From: Candidatus Planktophila sp. | GTDB lineage: Bacteria; Actinomycetota; Actinomycetes; Nanopelagicales; Nanopelagicaceae | Assembly: GCA_964203475.1 (NCBI GenBank) | Contig: CAXNLR010000004.1 | Coordinates: 2,073 to 66,072, forward strand | DNA length: 64,000 nt | Direction of reading: 5' to 3' | Notes under the pieces: model-generated | Told to the model about the DNA's origin: nothing | What the model saw: the letters and a program-made list of their open reading frames with translations, nothing else | Database searches by the model: none | Position numbers and translations under genes: made by a program | In this document: positions 33,612 through 42,552 of the stretch, one piece after another | Layout: each line of letters starts with the position of its first letter | How positions within the stretch are numbered: the stretch's first letter is position 1

Positions 33612-35807
33612 ATGGAAATGCGCTCCTTCTCTGACTACCTACGTAGTGTTGATGATGCTGCCCTTTTAGATTTGTTTACCGCTCGTCCAGATCTCGTAAC
33701 ACCCGTTCCCCCAGATATCGCCTCTCTTGCAGTGCGTGCATGTTCTGCGCCAAGTTTGGCCAGAGCAATTGATTCGCTTAATCAATGGCAGTTCCAAGTT
33801 TTAGAAGCTGCGGCTTGTTTGAATGAACCTTTCGTAGAAAAAAGCGTTGTTACTCTCACAGATAAAGAAGCAAAGAGTGCTTTAGAGCACTTGGTGAAAA
33901 TAGGTCTTGTCTATCCATCCGACGATGGAATGCGCTTGCCAACACAATTGCGAGATGTAATTGGAACAGAACCTGCAGGCTTAGGGCCAGCTTCAATGGC
34001 AAAGTTAAAACTTAGTGAATTAGATGATGCACCGGCGGATGCGAAGAAAGTTTTGGAACGATTGGTGTGGGGCCCACCGCGTGGAAGTGTTGGGGATATC
34101 AAAAACCCTGGACCTGGAGTTACCTGGTTACTTGAAAAGAAGTTCTTGGTTCCACTTGATCAGCGAACAGTTATTTTGCCTCGTGAAGTAGCAATTGCAT
34201 TGCGCGGTGGAAAGATTCACAAAGAGCGATTCATTAAGCAACCATCACTAACTGGTGCCAAACGAATCGAACAGCAAGTAAACCTTGCAGCAATTGCAAA
34301 TGTTTCAACAGTCCTGCGCTGGGTCGAAGAGCTTCTTAATTTCTGGGCTGACGAACCAGCAGATGCATTACGCGCTGGCGGTTTAGGAGTTCGTGATCTA
34401 AAAATAGTTGCAACTCATTTAGGCGTAGATGAATCCTGCACAGCATTTGTCGCTGAACTTGCATACCTTGCTTCATTGATAAGCATTGATGCAGATGATC
34501 GAATCCTGCCCAGCAATAAATTTGATATTTGGTTAATGCAAACTCCTGCAGATCGCTGGCAGATGTTGGCATCACAGTGGTTGATTACTTCACGTGTTAG
34601 CGGTCTAGTTGGTCGAGCAGAAGCTAAGAATGTTGCAGCACTTGGCCCAGAGCTAGATCGCGTAAATGCTGCGCGTGTGCGTGCTTTAACACTTGAACTA
34701 TTACGCGAAAATCAAGGTATTGCTCCAGAGTGGAATAGTTTCAAGGATGTTTTGTCATGGCGCGCACCTGTGCGCCGTAACTCCTCGCTTCAGGATGAGC
34801 TTGCAGAATGGACTCTTCGTGAGGCTGAATGGCTAGGAATTACAGGCCAGGGTGCCTTATCTAAATTCGGTGCACAATTCCTCGATGGCGATGATTTAAG
34901 TTCCATCAACGAAGATCTACCAAAGACTGTTGATCACATCTTGATTCAAAGTGATAACACAGCCATTGCGCCAGGACCGCTAGAACATGAAATTTCTCAA
35001 GCGTTAGCAATGATGGCTGAGATTGAAAGTCGTGGCGGTGCCACCGTCTATAGATTTACCGAGAGCACAATTCGTCGCGCACTAGATCACGGCAAGACAG
35101 GTGATGAGATAAAAACTTTCTTAGTTAAAACTTCTAAGACTCCAATGCCCCAACCACTTGAATATCTCATTGCAGATGTTGCAAAGAAGCATGGCAAATT
35201 GCGAGTTGGTAACACTTCTTCATTTATTCGATGTGAAGACACGGCACTCATTTCTCAAATCATGAATGACAAGAAGCTTGAAATCTTGGCACTACGTCGC
35301 ATCGCACCTGAAGTTGTCATTTGCGATATGGATGCAACCGATGCCATGCGTGTGCTGCGTGAATGCGGTTACCTACCTGCTGGTGAATCTGCAAATGGAA
35401 TGATTTTGACTGGGCCTAAATCCAATCGTTCATTAACGAAGCCACGTCCGCCGCGTGTAATTGGAGAAGTTGAAATTCCTGATACTGAAACTTTAAAGAC
35501 TGCAATTCGCGCTTTGCGCACTGGTGAAAAATCTACCTATCGCCAAACTCGATTGCGACAGGTGGCAAGTGAAGCCTTAGGCCAACTTCCTCGCACAACT
35601 GCAAATGAAACAATGGAAATTCTCAATCAATTCATTATTGATGAGAAAACCCTTTCAATTGGATATGCCGATAACAATGGCGGTGTAACCCATCGAATTA
35701 TTGACCCTATTCGCATTAGCGCAGGCGCCTTAATCGCACGCGATCATGCAACAGGTGAGGTCCAATCCTTCAGAATCCCACGCATCACTGGCGTGGCACC
35801 GCTATAG
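33612..35807 (+). CDS. XPB-associated protein: XPB/Ssl2 N-terminal-like domain plus C-terminal WYL-like domain
   Basis: RPDL..P.P N-terminus, LRAGGLGVRDL, ILIQSDNTAIAPGPL..VYRFT..PQPLEYLIADVAKKHG; C-terminal IGYADNNG..RIIDP..SFRIPRI; no Walker motifs; near XPB. Confidence 0.85.
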   Translation: MEMRSFSDYLRSVDDAALLDLFTARPDLVTPVPPDIASLAVRACSAPSLARAIDSLNQWQFQVLEAAACLNEPFVEKSVVTLTDKEAKSALEHLVKIGLVYPSDDGMRLPTQLRDVIGTEPAGLGPASMAKLKLSELDDAPADAKKVLERLVWGPPRGSVGDIKNPGPGVTWLLEKKFLVPLDQRTVILPREVAIALRGGKIHKERFIKQPSLTGAKRIEQQVNLAAIANVSTVLRWVEELLNFWADEPADALRAGGLGVRDLKIVATHLGVDESCTAFVAELAYLASLISIDADDRILPSNKFDIWLMQTPADRWQMLASQWLITSRVSGLVGRAEAKNVAALGPELDRVNAARVRALTLELLRENQGIAPEWNSFKDVLSWRAPVRRNSSLQDELAEWTLREAEWLGITGQGALSKFGAQFLDGDDLSSINEDLPKTVDHILIQSDNTAIAPGPLEHEISQALAMMAEIESRGGATVYRFTESTIRRALDHGKTGDEIKTFLVKTSKTPMPQPLEYLIADVAKKHGKLRVGNTSSFIRCEDTALISQIMNDKKLEILALRRIAPEVVICDMDATDAMRVLRECGYLPAGESANGMILTGPKSNRSLTKPRPPRVIGEVEIPDTETLKTAIRALRTGEKSTYRQTRLRQVASEALGQLPRTTANETMEILNQFIIDEKTLSIGYADNNGGVTHRIIDPIRISAGALIARDHATGEVQSFRIPRITGVAPL

Positions 35808-35816
35808 ACTTATCCC

Positions 35817-36878
35817 ATGTTGGCAGCCCTAGAAGCATTAGTTAAGTTGGAATCACCAACTGAAGATCTAGATGCCTGCCGCGATGTTGTTCATTTAGCG
35901 AGTGATATTGCTACAAGAATTTTAGGAACTCCTGCAGAGATCCGTGAAGTAAATGGTCGTCCAGTTTTCTGGTGGGGTGCACCTAATCCAGATGTAATCG
36001 TTCTTGCGCACTTAGACACAGTGTGGCCTAAGGGATCTTTTCAACCTTTATGGAGCGTTGAAGGAACAGCGGCCCGTGGTCCAGGTGTTTTTGATATGAA
36101 AGCAGGATTTGTTCAAGCTCTCTATGCCATGAAGGGAATCACTGGAAGCGCGGCATTAATTGCAACGACAGATGAAGAGACTGGAAGTGCAACAAGTAAA
36201 GATTTCATTAAGGAAATTTCTGCCAAAGCTAAGGCAGTTCTAGTTTTAGAGGCAACGCTTAATGGCAAAGTAAAAACTGGCCGCAAGGGCACAGCGATGT
36301 ATCAAGTTAAAATTCATGGCAAGGCCTCACATGCTGGACTTGAACCTGAAAAAGGTGTGAACGCTACAACTGAAATGGCACATGCTGTTTTAGCAATCAC
36401 AGCAATGCAAAATGCTGAACATGGAACAACTGTGGTTCCAACAACTCTTCATGCCGGTAACACAACCAACACCGTTCCTGATTTAGCTGTTCTAGATATT
36501 GATATCCGTTCATACTCGATGGATGATCTAAAGCGCGTTGACGCTGCTATCAAGGGATTAAAGCCTGTTAATGCTGCAGCCCGTTATGAAATTACTGGTG
36601 GCTTTAACCGTCCGCCTTTGGAGACAACTTCAACAATGGCACTTTATGAGCGCGCAGAGAAAGTTGCTAAAGAACTAGGAATGCCGCCTCTGGGCCATGC
36701 CTCAGTTGGCGGAGCAAGTGATGGCAACTTTGCAGCTGCAGCAGGCGCTCAAGTATTAGATGGTCTCGGAGCAGTTGGCGATGGAGCCCACGCAGCACAC
36801 GAATGGGTAGACATCAGTACTCTTGAAGATCGCAGCAAGTTATTACACGCGCTAATAAAGGATTTACTCAATGACTGA
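35817..36878 (+). CDS. M20 family metallopeptidase (glutamate carboxypeptidase-like)
   Basis: HLDTVW, GPGVFDMKAG, DEETGS, GKASHAG, GGASDGN, GAHAAHE. Confidence 0.9.
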   Translation: MLAALEALVKLESPTEDLDACRDVVHLASDIATRILGTPAEIREVNGRPVFWWGAPNPDVIVLAHLDTVWPKGSFQPLWSVEGTAARGPGVFDMKAGFVQALYAMKGITGSAALIATTDEETGSATSKDFIKEISAKAKAVLVLEATLNGKVKTGRKGTAMYQVKIHGKASHAGLEPEKGVNATTEMAHAVLAITAMQNAEHGTTVVPTTLHAGNTTNTVPDLAVLDIDIRSYSMDDLKRVDAAIKGLKPVNAAARYEITGGFNRPPLETTSTMALYERAEKVAKELGMPPLGHASVGGASDGNFAAAAGAQVLDGLGAVGDGAHAAHEWVDISTLEDRSKLLHALIKDLLND

Positions 36879-38520
36879 TGGTCCTCTAATTGTTCAGAGC
36901 GATAAAACGCTACTGCTCGATATCGACCATCCCATGTCTACCGAATGTCGACGAGCGATTGCACCATTTGCAGAGCTAGAGCGATCACCTGAACACATTC
37001 ACACCTATCGTTTAACACCACTTGGTTTGTGGAATGCACGTGCTGCAGGACATGATGCCGAACAAGTTATCGATACCTTAATTAAGTATTCGCGCTACGC
37101 AGTCCCCCACTCAATTCTTATCGATGTTGCAGAGACAATGTCTCGCTACGGACGCTTGCGCCTTGAGATGGATCCAGTTCACGGCTTAATTCTTATTACG
37201 ACAGACACAGCTGTTCTTGAAGAAGTAATCAGAGCAAAGAAGATTGCTCCACTACTTGGTGCACGAATTGATCCTGAAACGATTACCGTTTTACCTAGTC
37301 AACGTGGACAGATTAAGCAGTCACTGTTGCGCCTTGGTTGGCCAGCAGAAGATTTTGCAGGCTACGTCGATGGTCAGGCACACGATATTTCATTAGTGCA
37401 AAAGGATTGGAAGATTCGTCCTTACCAAGAACTTGCTGCTGAAGGTTTTTGGCATGGTGGTTCTGGTGTTGTAGTTCTTCCCTGCGGTGCTGGTAAAACT
37501 ATTGTTGGTGCAGCTGCGATGGCACATGCCAAGGCGACGACATTAATTTTGGTAACAAACACAATCGCTGCACGCCAATGGCGTGAAGAATTATTGAAGC
37601 GAACAACGCTCAATGAAGATGAAATTGGCGAGTATTCAGGGGCAAAGAAAGAGATTCGCCCGGTCACAATTGCCACATACCAAGTAATGACTAAGAAAAA
37701 GAATGGTGTTTACGCCCACTTGGATCTATTTGATTCATATGACTGGGGCTTGATTATTTACGATGAAGTTCACTTATTACCTGCGCCGATCTTTCGCTTT
37801 ACTGCAGATATCCAATCACGCCGCCGCTTAGGTTTAACAGCCACCTTGGTTCGCGAAGATGGCATGGAAGGTGAAGTTTTCTCACTCATTGGTCCAAAGC
37901 GTTTTGATGTGCCGTGGAAAGAAATTGAAGCACAGGGCTATATCGCACCTGCTGAATGTATTGAGGTGCGGGTTAATCTGACTGAAACAGAGCGTTTAGC
38001 CTATGCAACTGCTGAGCCAGAAAATCGCTATCGCAGTTGCGCAACCACTCGAACAAAACGAGATGTTGTTCAAGCTTTAGTGGAAAAGCATGCCGATGAT
38101 CAGGTACTTGTGATTGGTCAATACATCGATCAGCTTGATGATTTATCTGAAACGTTGGGCGCTCCGCTTATCAAGGGTGAAACTCCAATTAAAGAGCGAG
38201 AAATTTTATTTAACCAATTTAGAACTGGTGAGATTAAGTGTTTAGTGGTTTCAAAGGTTGCTAACTTTTCAATTGATTTACCAGATGCAACCATTGCAAT
38301 TCAGGTGTCAGGTGCATTTGGAAGCCGTCAGGAAGAGGCCCAGCGCTTAGGGCGCATCTTGCGACCAAAGTCAGATGGTCGTGGCGCAAAGTTTTATTCA
38401 GTAATTTCACGTGACACTATCGATCAAGATTTTGCACAGAACCGTCAGCGCTTCCTAGCTGAGCAAGGTTATTCTTACAAAATTATTGACGCTGACGATG
38501 TTTTTCAAGGGAAGATCTAA
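36871..38520 (+). CDS. DNA repair helicase XPB (Ssl2/Rad25 family)
   Basis: LPCGAGKT, DEVH, LGLTATLVRED (RED motif), SRQEEAQRLGRILRPK. Confidence 0.95.
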   Translation: MTDGPLIVQSDKTLLLDIDHPMSTECRRAIAPFAELERSPEHIHTYRLTPLGLWNARAAGHDAEQVIDTLIKYSRYAVPHSILIDVAETMSRYGRLRLEMDPVHGLILITTDTAVLEEVIRAKKIAPLLGARIDPETITVLPSQRGQIKQSLLRLGWPAEDFAGYVDGQAHDISLVQKDWKIRPYQELAAEGFWHGGSGVVVLPCGAGKTIVGAAAMAHAKATTLILVTNTIAARQWREELLKRTTLNEDEIGEYSGAKKEIRPVTIATYQVMTKKKNGVYAHLDLFDSYDWGLIIYDEVHLLPAPIFRFTADIQSRRRLGLTATLVREDGMEGEVFSLIGPKRFDVPWKEIEAQGYIAPAECIEVRVNLTETERLAYATAEPENRYRSCATTRTKRDVVQALVEKHADDQVLVIGQYIDQLDDLSETLGAPLIKGETPIKEREILFNQFRTGEIKCLVVSKVANFSIDLPDATIAIQVSGAFGSRQEEAQRLGRILRPKSDGRGAKFYSVISRDTIDQDFAQNRQRFLAEQGYSYKIIDADDVFQGKI

Positions 38521-38734
38521 AGCGTTCTGGATCTATGCGCCAGAAGTCATGGTGTGTGCCATCGATTTGAGTAACAGGAATTTTCTCACCATAAAGTTTT
38601 TCTAATTCTTCATTTCCGTCAATCAGAATCTCTTCAATTTCAAAGTTAAGTTCACCCTTCATCGATTGCAAGAGCTCTAATGCATCTTCGCAAAGATGGC
38701 AACCAGTACGGCCATAAATTGTTATGAGCGTCAT
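38483..38734 (-). CDS. Glutaredoxin-like protein (DUF836 type)
   Basis: GCHLCEDA, YGEKIPV..IDG..HDFWR. Confidence 0.9.
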   Translation of the reverse strand: MTLITIYGRTGCHLCEDALELLQSMKGELNFEIEEILIDGNEELEKLYGEKIPVTQIDGTHHDFWRIDPERFRSSLEKHRQRQ

Positions 38735-38830
38735 GTAGCCACCCTTTCTGACCTGTTAATTCACTTAGAGAATTGGTAATTCCTACCCCTGACCTTAAAC
38801 CACGCCCGATGCCCTGATAGCGTTGGGCTC

Positions 38831-41209
38831 ATGCTGCGCATCAAGAGATTATGGGCGATCGCCTTTGCTGGCGTGCTAGCTGTTTCCATTCTTTCTGCGC
38901 CATCTGCGCCCGCGCTTGCCTTCAAGCAAATTCCAGCAACTAACTGGGGTTACACATATGCCGGCACAACTCCGACTCTTTCATCTGTTGCAAAATCAGC
39001 ACCATCCAAGAACTTAGAGGCTAAATCAAAGTTTAATGTTAAGTACAACAACTTTCCCGATTGGGCAAAAAAAGAGGTTCAGGCTGCCATTGATGTGTGG
39101 TCGGCAAACTTTAAATCAACAACTCCTATTACCGTCGATGCATCATGGGGACGTTCGAGCTCTTGGGGTGTTCTAGGTAGTGCGCGTCCTGGCAGTTTCT
39201 TCTCAGCATTTTCAGGCGCCCCCGATCCCTCACTGTGGTACTCATCAGCGGCTGCAAATGCATTAGCGGGAAAAGATTTAGATAAAGCAAATCCTGAAAT
39301 AATCATTCAAGTTAACTCTGGTGCCACCTGGAATACTCGCGGTGATGGAGTTCCAACTTCTTCTGAATATGATCTGGAATCTGTTTTCATTCACGAACTT
39401 GGTCACGGGCTAGGTTTTCTCTCTAACGACGCATACGATCCTTTTTTCGGATTAGGTAGCTTGGATCAACCAACACCCTTTGATGCATACCTACAAACTG
39501 CAGATGGTCGTCGCCTTGCAGATCTTCCAACTCCTTCAAGGGAGTTAGGCACTGCACTGACCACATCATTGGTGTGGTCAGGCCCTCTTGGAATTAAAGC
39601 TAACGGCGGAGTTAAGCCAAAGATGTTTACGCCTTCGCGTTACCAATCTGGTTCATCAACCTCGCACTTAGATGAAGATACGTTTTCAAAGTCTGGTCTT
39701 GACTCAGTGATGACGCCAAGCCTTGATCCGGGTGAAGTTTTTCGCCAGCCTGGACCACTGCAATTGGCAATGATGGAAGATATGCGCAATAAACCACCTG
39801 CTGGTATCGCAACTGATCTTCCTCAGTCACCACGTAATGTTCAAGCCTTCACAGGTGATACATCTGCACTTGTTTCATTTGATCCACCGGTTAACTTACG
39901 CACAGCCCAGATCAGTGAATACATCATTAAAAACATTAAAACGGGAGCGGAGAAGAAATCCCTTACAAGTCCCGTCTTGATTACGGGCTTAAAGAATGGC
40001 ACTTCATACACTTTTTCTGTCGTCGCTAAGAATGCATTAGGTGTCTCTGATGCAGTAACAACGAAGGCTGTGATTCCACAGGCGGGTTGGAAGAGCACTG
40101 TGCTGGATACTGCAGCTGACGGAAAGAGTGTTGCAAGTACAACCTTTAATGGACAACCTGCAATTGCCTACACAGACACAAAAAGCGGTGACTTAAAACT
40201 TGCAACCTTTAACGGCAAAGTGTGGAAGAAGGTCACCGTTGATGGAGCTGGCGGAAGCAGTGGTCGCACCACAGACACAATTTCTGGCGCTATCTCGATG
40301 TGTGTAAATGGCAGTGGAGTAAAGCAAACACTGCATATTTTCTACAGTGATTCAACTGAAAAAGATCTCCGCTATGCCACGTATAACGGTAAAAGCTTTG
40401 CAATCGAAGTAGTCGATGGCAATGGGCCTGGCGTCAATGATTACTTAGACCCAGTTCGTGTGCGCACATCTAGTGATGTAAGTGTCGCAAATGCGTGTGT
40501 TGCTACGACAAGTACTGTGCAAGTCTTTTATCGAGATGAAAGCCAGGGTGTTCTGCTAGGTGCAGTTAAAAACAAGAATGCTGCATGGAAATATGAACTT
40601 GTAGATGGCGATCGTAAAACAGATGGCCGCACAACAGGTGATGTTGGCTTCCATTTGCAGGCAATCTTTGATGGCTCTAAGACATACGTTGCTTACGATT
40701 CAGTAGTTTCAATGAACCAGAAGAAGGAAATCACCTCCGGTGCAATCCGTATTGCAACTCGCGCTGGCATTGAGCCAACCGGATGGGCTTATCAAACTCT
40801 AGATATTTCAACTGATGAGGCTGCAGTCTTTGGATTTGATGTCGCACTTGCCAAAGTAAATGGTGATGTAATGGCCACGTGGTTAGCTGCATCTACTGCG
40901 ACAGCACCAAAACCTAATCAAGTTCGTTGGGCGCTGTTAAGTGATCCGACAAAGATTTCTAGCTTAACGACTGAGAATTTTGGTACTCCTGGTGAGTATC
41001 TAACAACTGATGGAAAGACAATCATCTTTAACTGTCAGGAAAGACTATGCGCTCTAGATACGAGCAAAAAGGATTTAGGACAAGCAGCAATACGTTTAGT
41101 AAGCAGTACCCAAGGCTCTGAACCTACTCAGAGCGCTTGGGTAACTGTTAACAAAGTTAAATATCTACTTGCCACTGTTAACGGCAAGCTTGCACTGCTA
41201 AAGCCGTAA
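38831..41209 (+). CDS. Secreted zinc-metalloprotease / fibronectin type III / repeat (beta-propeller-like) protein
   Basis: Signal peptide; HELGHGLG, SHLDE, SVMTP; FN3 (ITGLKNGTSYTFSVVAKNALG); W/F-xxxx-V/L-D repeats. Confidence 0.8.
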   Translation: MLRIKRLWAIAFAGVLAVSILSAPSAPALAFKQIPATNWGYTYAGTTPTLSSVAKSAPSKNLEAKSKFNVKYNNFPDWAKKEVQAAIDVWSANFKSTTPITVDASWGRSSSWGVLGSARPGSFFSAFSGAPDPSLWYSSAAANALAGKDLDKANPEIIIQVNSGATWNTRGDGVPTSSEYDLESVFIHELGHGLGFLSNDAYDPFFGLGSLDQPTPFDAYLQTADGRRLADLPTPSRELGTALTTSLVWSGPLGIKANGGVKPKMFTPSRYQSGSSTSHLDEDTFSKSGLDSVMTPSLDPGEVFRQPGPLQLAMMEDMRNKPPAGIATDLPQSPRNVQAFTGDTSALVSFDPPVNLRTAQISEYIIKNIKTGAEKKSLTSPVLITGLKNGTSYTFSVVAKNALGVSDAVTTKAVIPQAGWKSTVLDTAADGKSVASTTFNGQPAIAYTDTKSGDLKLATFNGKVWKKVTVDGAGGSSGRTTDTISGAISMCVNGSGVKQTLHIFYSDSTEKDLRYATYNGKSFAIEVVDGNGPGVNDYLDPVRVRTSSDVSVANACVATTSTVQVFYRDESQGVLLGAVKNKNAAWKYELVDGDRKTDGRTTGDVGFHLQAIFDGSKTYVAYDSVVSMNQKKEITSGAIRIATRAGIEPTGWAYQTLDISTDEAAVFGFDVALAKVNGDVMATWLAASTATAPKPNQVRWALLSDPTKISSLTTENFGTPGEYLTTDGKTIIFNCQERLCALDTSKKDLGQAAIRLVSSTQGSEPTQSAWVTVNKVKYLLATVNGKLALLKP

Positions 41210-41212
41210 TTA

Positions 41213-41311
41213 TTACTTAGCGTTACGGCGCTGAATGCGAGTCTTCTTAAGAAGCTTCTTATGCTTCTTCTTCGCCATGCGCTTGCGTCGCTTTTTAATT
41301 ACGGAACCCAT
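41213..41311 (-). CDS. 30S ribosomal protein bS22 (AURKAIP1/COX24 family), not in ORF track
   Basis: Manual translation [32 protein letters not shown]. Confidence 0.95.
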   Translation of the reverse strand: MGSVIKKRRKRMAKKKHKKLLKKTRIQRRNAK

Positions 41312-41361
41312 ATGTCACGCTCTCATTTCATAAGTTCGCACTAAGTGTGCGGGGGTTTAGG

Positions 41362-42552
41362 TTACCGCGGAAGTAGGGTAAAAATCGAAACCGATTCTGC
41401 GCTTGAAGTAAGGGCTAAAACCCCGAACTCCTTTGAAATGAGTAGCCCAAGGACTTCTTTCTCCCCTACGGGGCCACTATCGGCTGCGGTGATGAGGCCT
41501 TTAGAGTCAAAGGTAAGCAATAACGGTGTTGGTGTCTTTGGATTCCAATTAAGTTGCACAACTGCGCCGGTAGAAATGAATAATGCATGAGTAGCCGATG
41601 CAGCGAGTGTGGGACCTGTTGAAGCAAAGCGATAGGTCCAGGATGGTGCAAAAGTAAGTGAAAACTTTGTGATCGCTGACTCAGTTTTACCACCTGCGAC
41701 AACTTCACCAGCAAGAAGCAATGAATTCGATGCGCTATTCCAGATTCGCTTTCCCTTTGCAACCGAACTGCGCACGACAGAAGTTATTTTCAAAGCCTTT
41801 GAAACCTTGACCAATATGCCATCAGTTATTCCAGCAACTTTTTTGCCAACAAGAGTTTCTGAGCTTGATCCAGTAACTGTGAAACTTCCATCACCGTGTC
41901 TAACAACCGCATCTGCCGTTGTCGAAGCGACACCGATCTGCAACAACTTAGAAAAGGTGCCTGCTGTATCTGCATTTGCTAGAAAGCCGGCATAACCTTT
42001 CTCATTAGCAATAATTCCAACTATAGATGCTCCGTTTTTATCTACAGCAATTGATGTTGGAAATAGCACAGAACTAGTAGGCAGTGTATTTGTAAACATC
42101 AATACACCTGCTGCACTCACCTTCCAAATGGTTATCGCCTGTAGATCCCCGATAAATACCGATGGTGGAATAACTGCATTATCCGGATTCAATGGAGTTG
42201 TAGTTGCTGCCGGTGGAGTTAAACCTGTGACAAGCGGTGTTGCACCAGTAATCCAAATATCTCCTGCTGAATCCACAGCTGCAGCCGTTGCAATTGATGC
42301 GACAGATTGATCTAGGGATAAGTTCCATAGCTCTTTACCCGACCTATCAATTGCGCGGGCATAAGCCTTTGATGCTCTGGTTCCAAAAACAATTATTGAT
42401 TTGCCGCTAACAACTGCTCCACTTACTTCTTCTGGCGTGCCAATTGTCGTTAACAATTGCATTGGTTTAACGCTGATTTTTTTAGGTGCAGCTTGTGAAA
42501 CTGGAGCAATTACTAGCAAAGCAAGAACAGCGAATGCTAAAAAGCGTTTCAC
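41362..42552 (-). CDS. Secreted hypothetical protein, probable beta-propeller
   Basis: Signal peptide (..VSQA|A); blade-like segments AVDSAGDIWITG, AVDKNG..IVG, HGDGSFTVTG; GTG overlaps proC stop. Confidence 0.7.
   Translation of the reverse strand: MKRFLAFAVLALLVIAPVSQAAPKKISVKPMQLLTTIGTPEEVSGAVVSGKSIIVFGTRASKAYARAIDRSGKELWNLSLDQSVASIATAAAVDSAGDIWITGATPLVTGLTPPAATTTPLNPDNAVIPPSVFIGDLQAITIWKVSAAGVLMFTNTLPTSSVLFPTSIAVDKNGASIVGIIANEKGYAGFLANADTAGTFSKLLQIGVASTTADAVVRHGDGSFTVTGSSSETLVGKKVAGITDGILVKVSKALKITSVVRSSVAKGKRIWNSASNSLLLAGEVVAGGKTESAITKFSLTFAPSWTYRFASTGPTLAASATHALFISTGAVVQLNWNPKTPTPLLLTFDSKGLITAADSGPVGEKEVLGLLISKEFGVLALTSSAESVSIFTLLPR

Noticed and set aside
33612-38520. WYL plus helicase cluster as an anti-phage defence island
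   Set aside because: Matches the conserved actinobacterial XPB locus; no nuclease, toxin, methylase or mobility genes nearby
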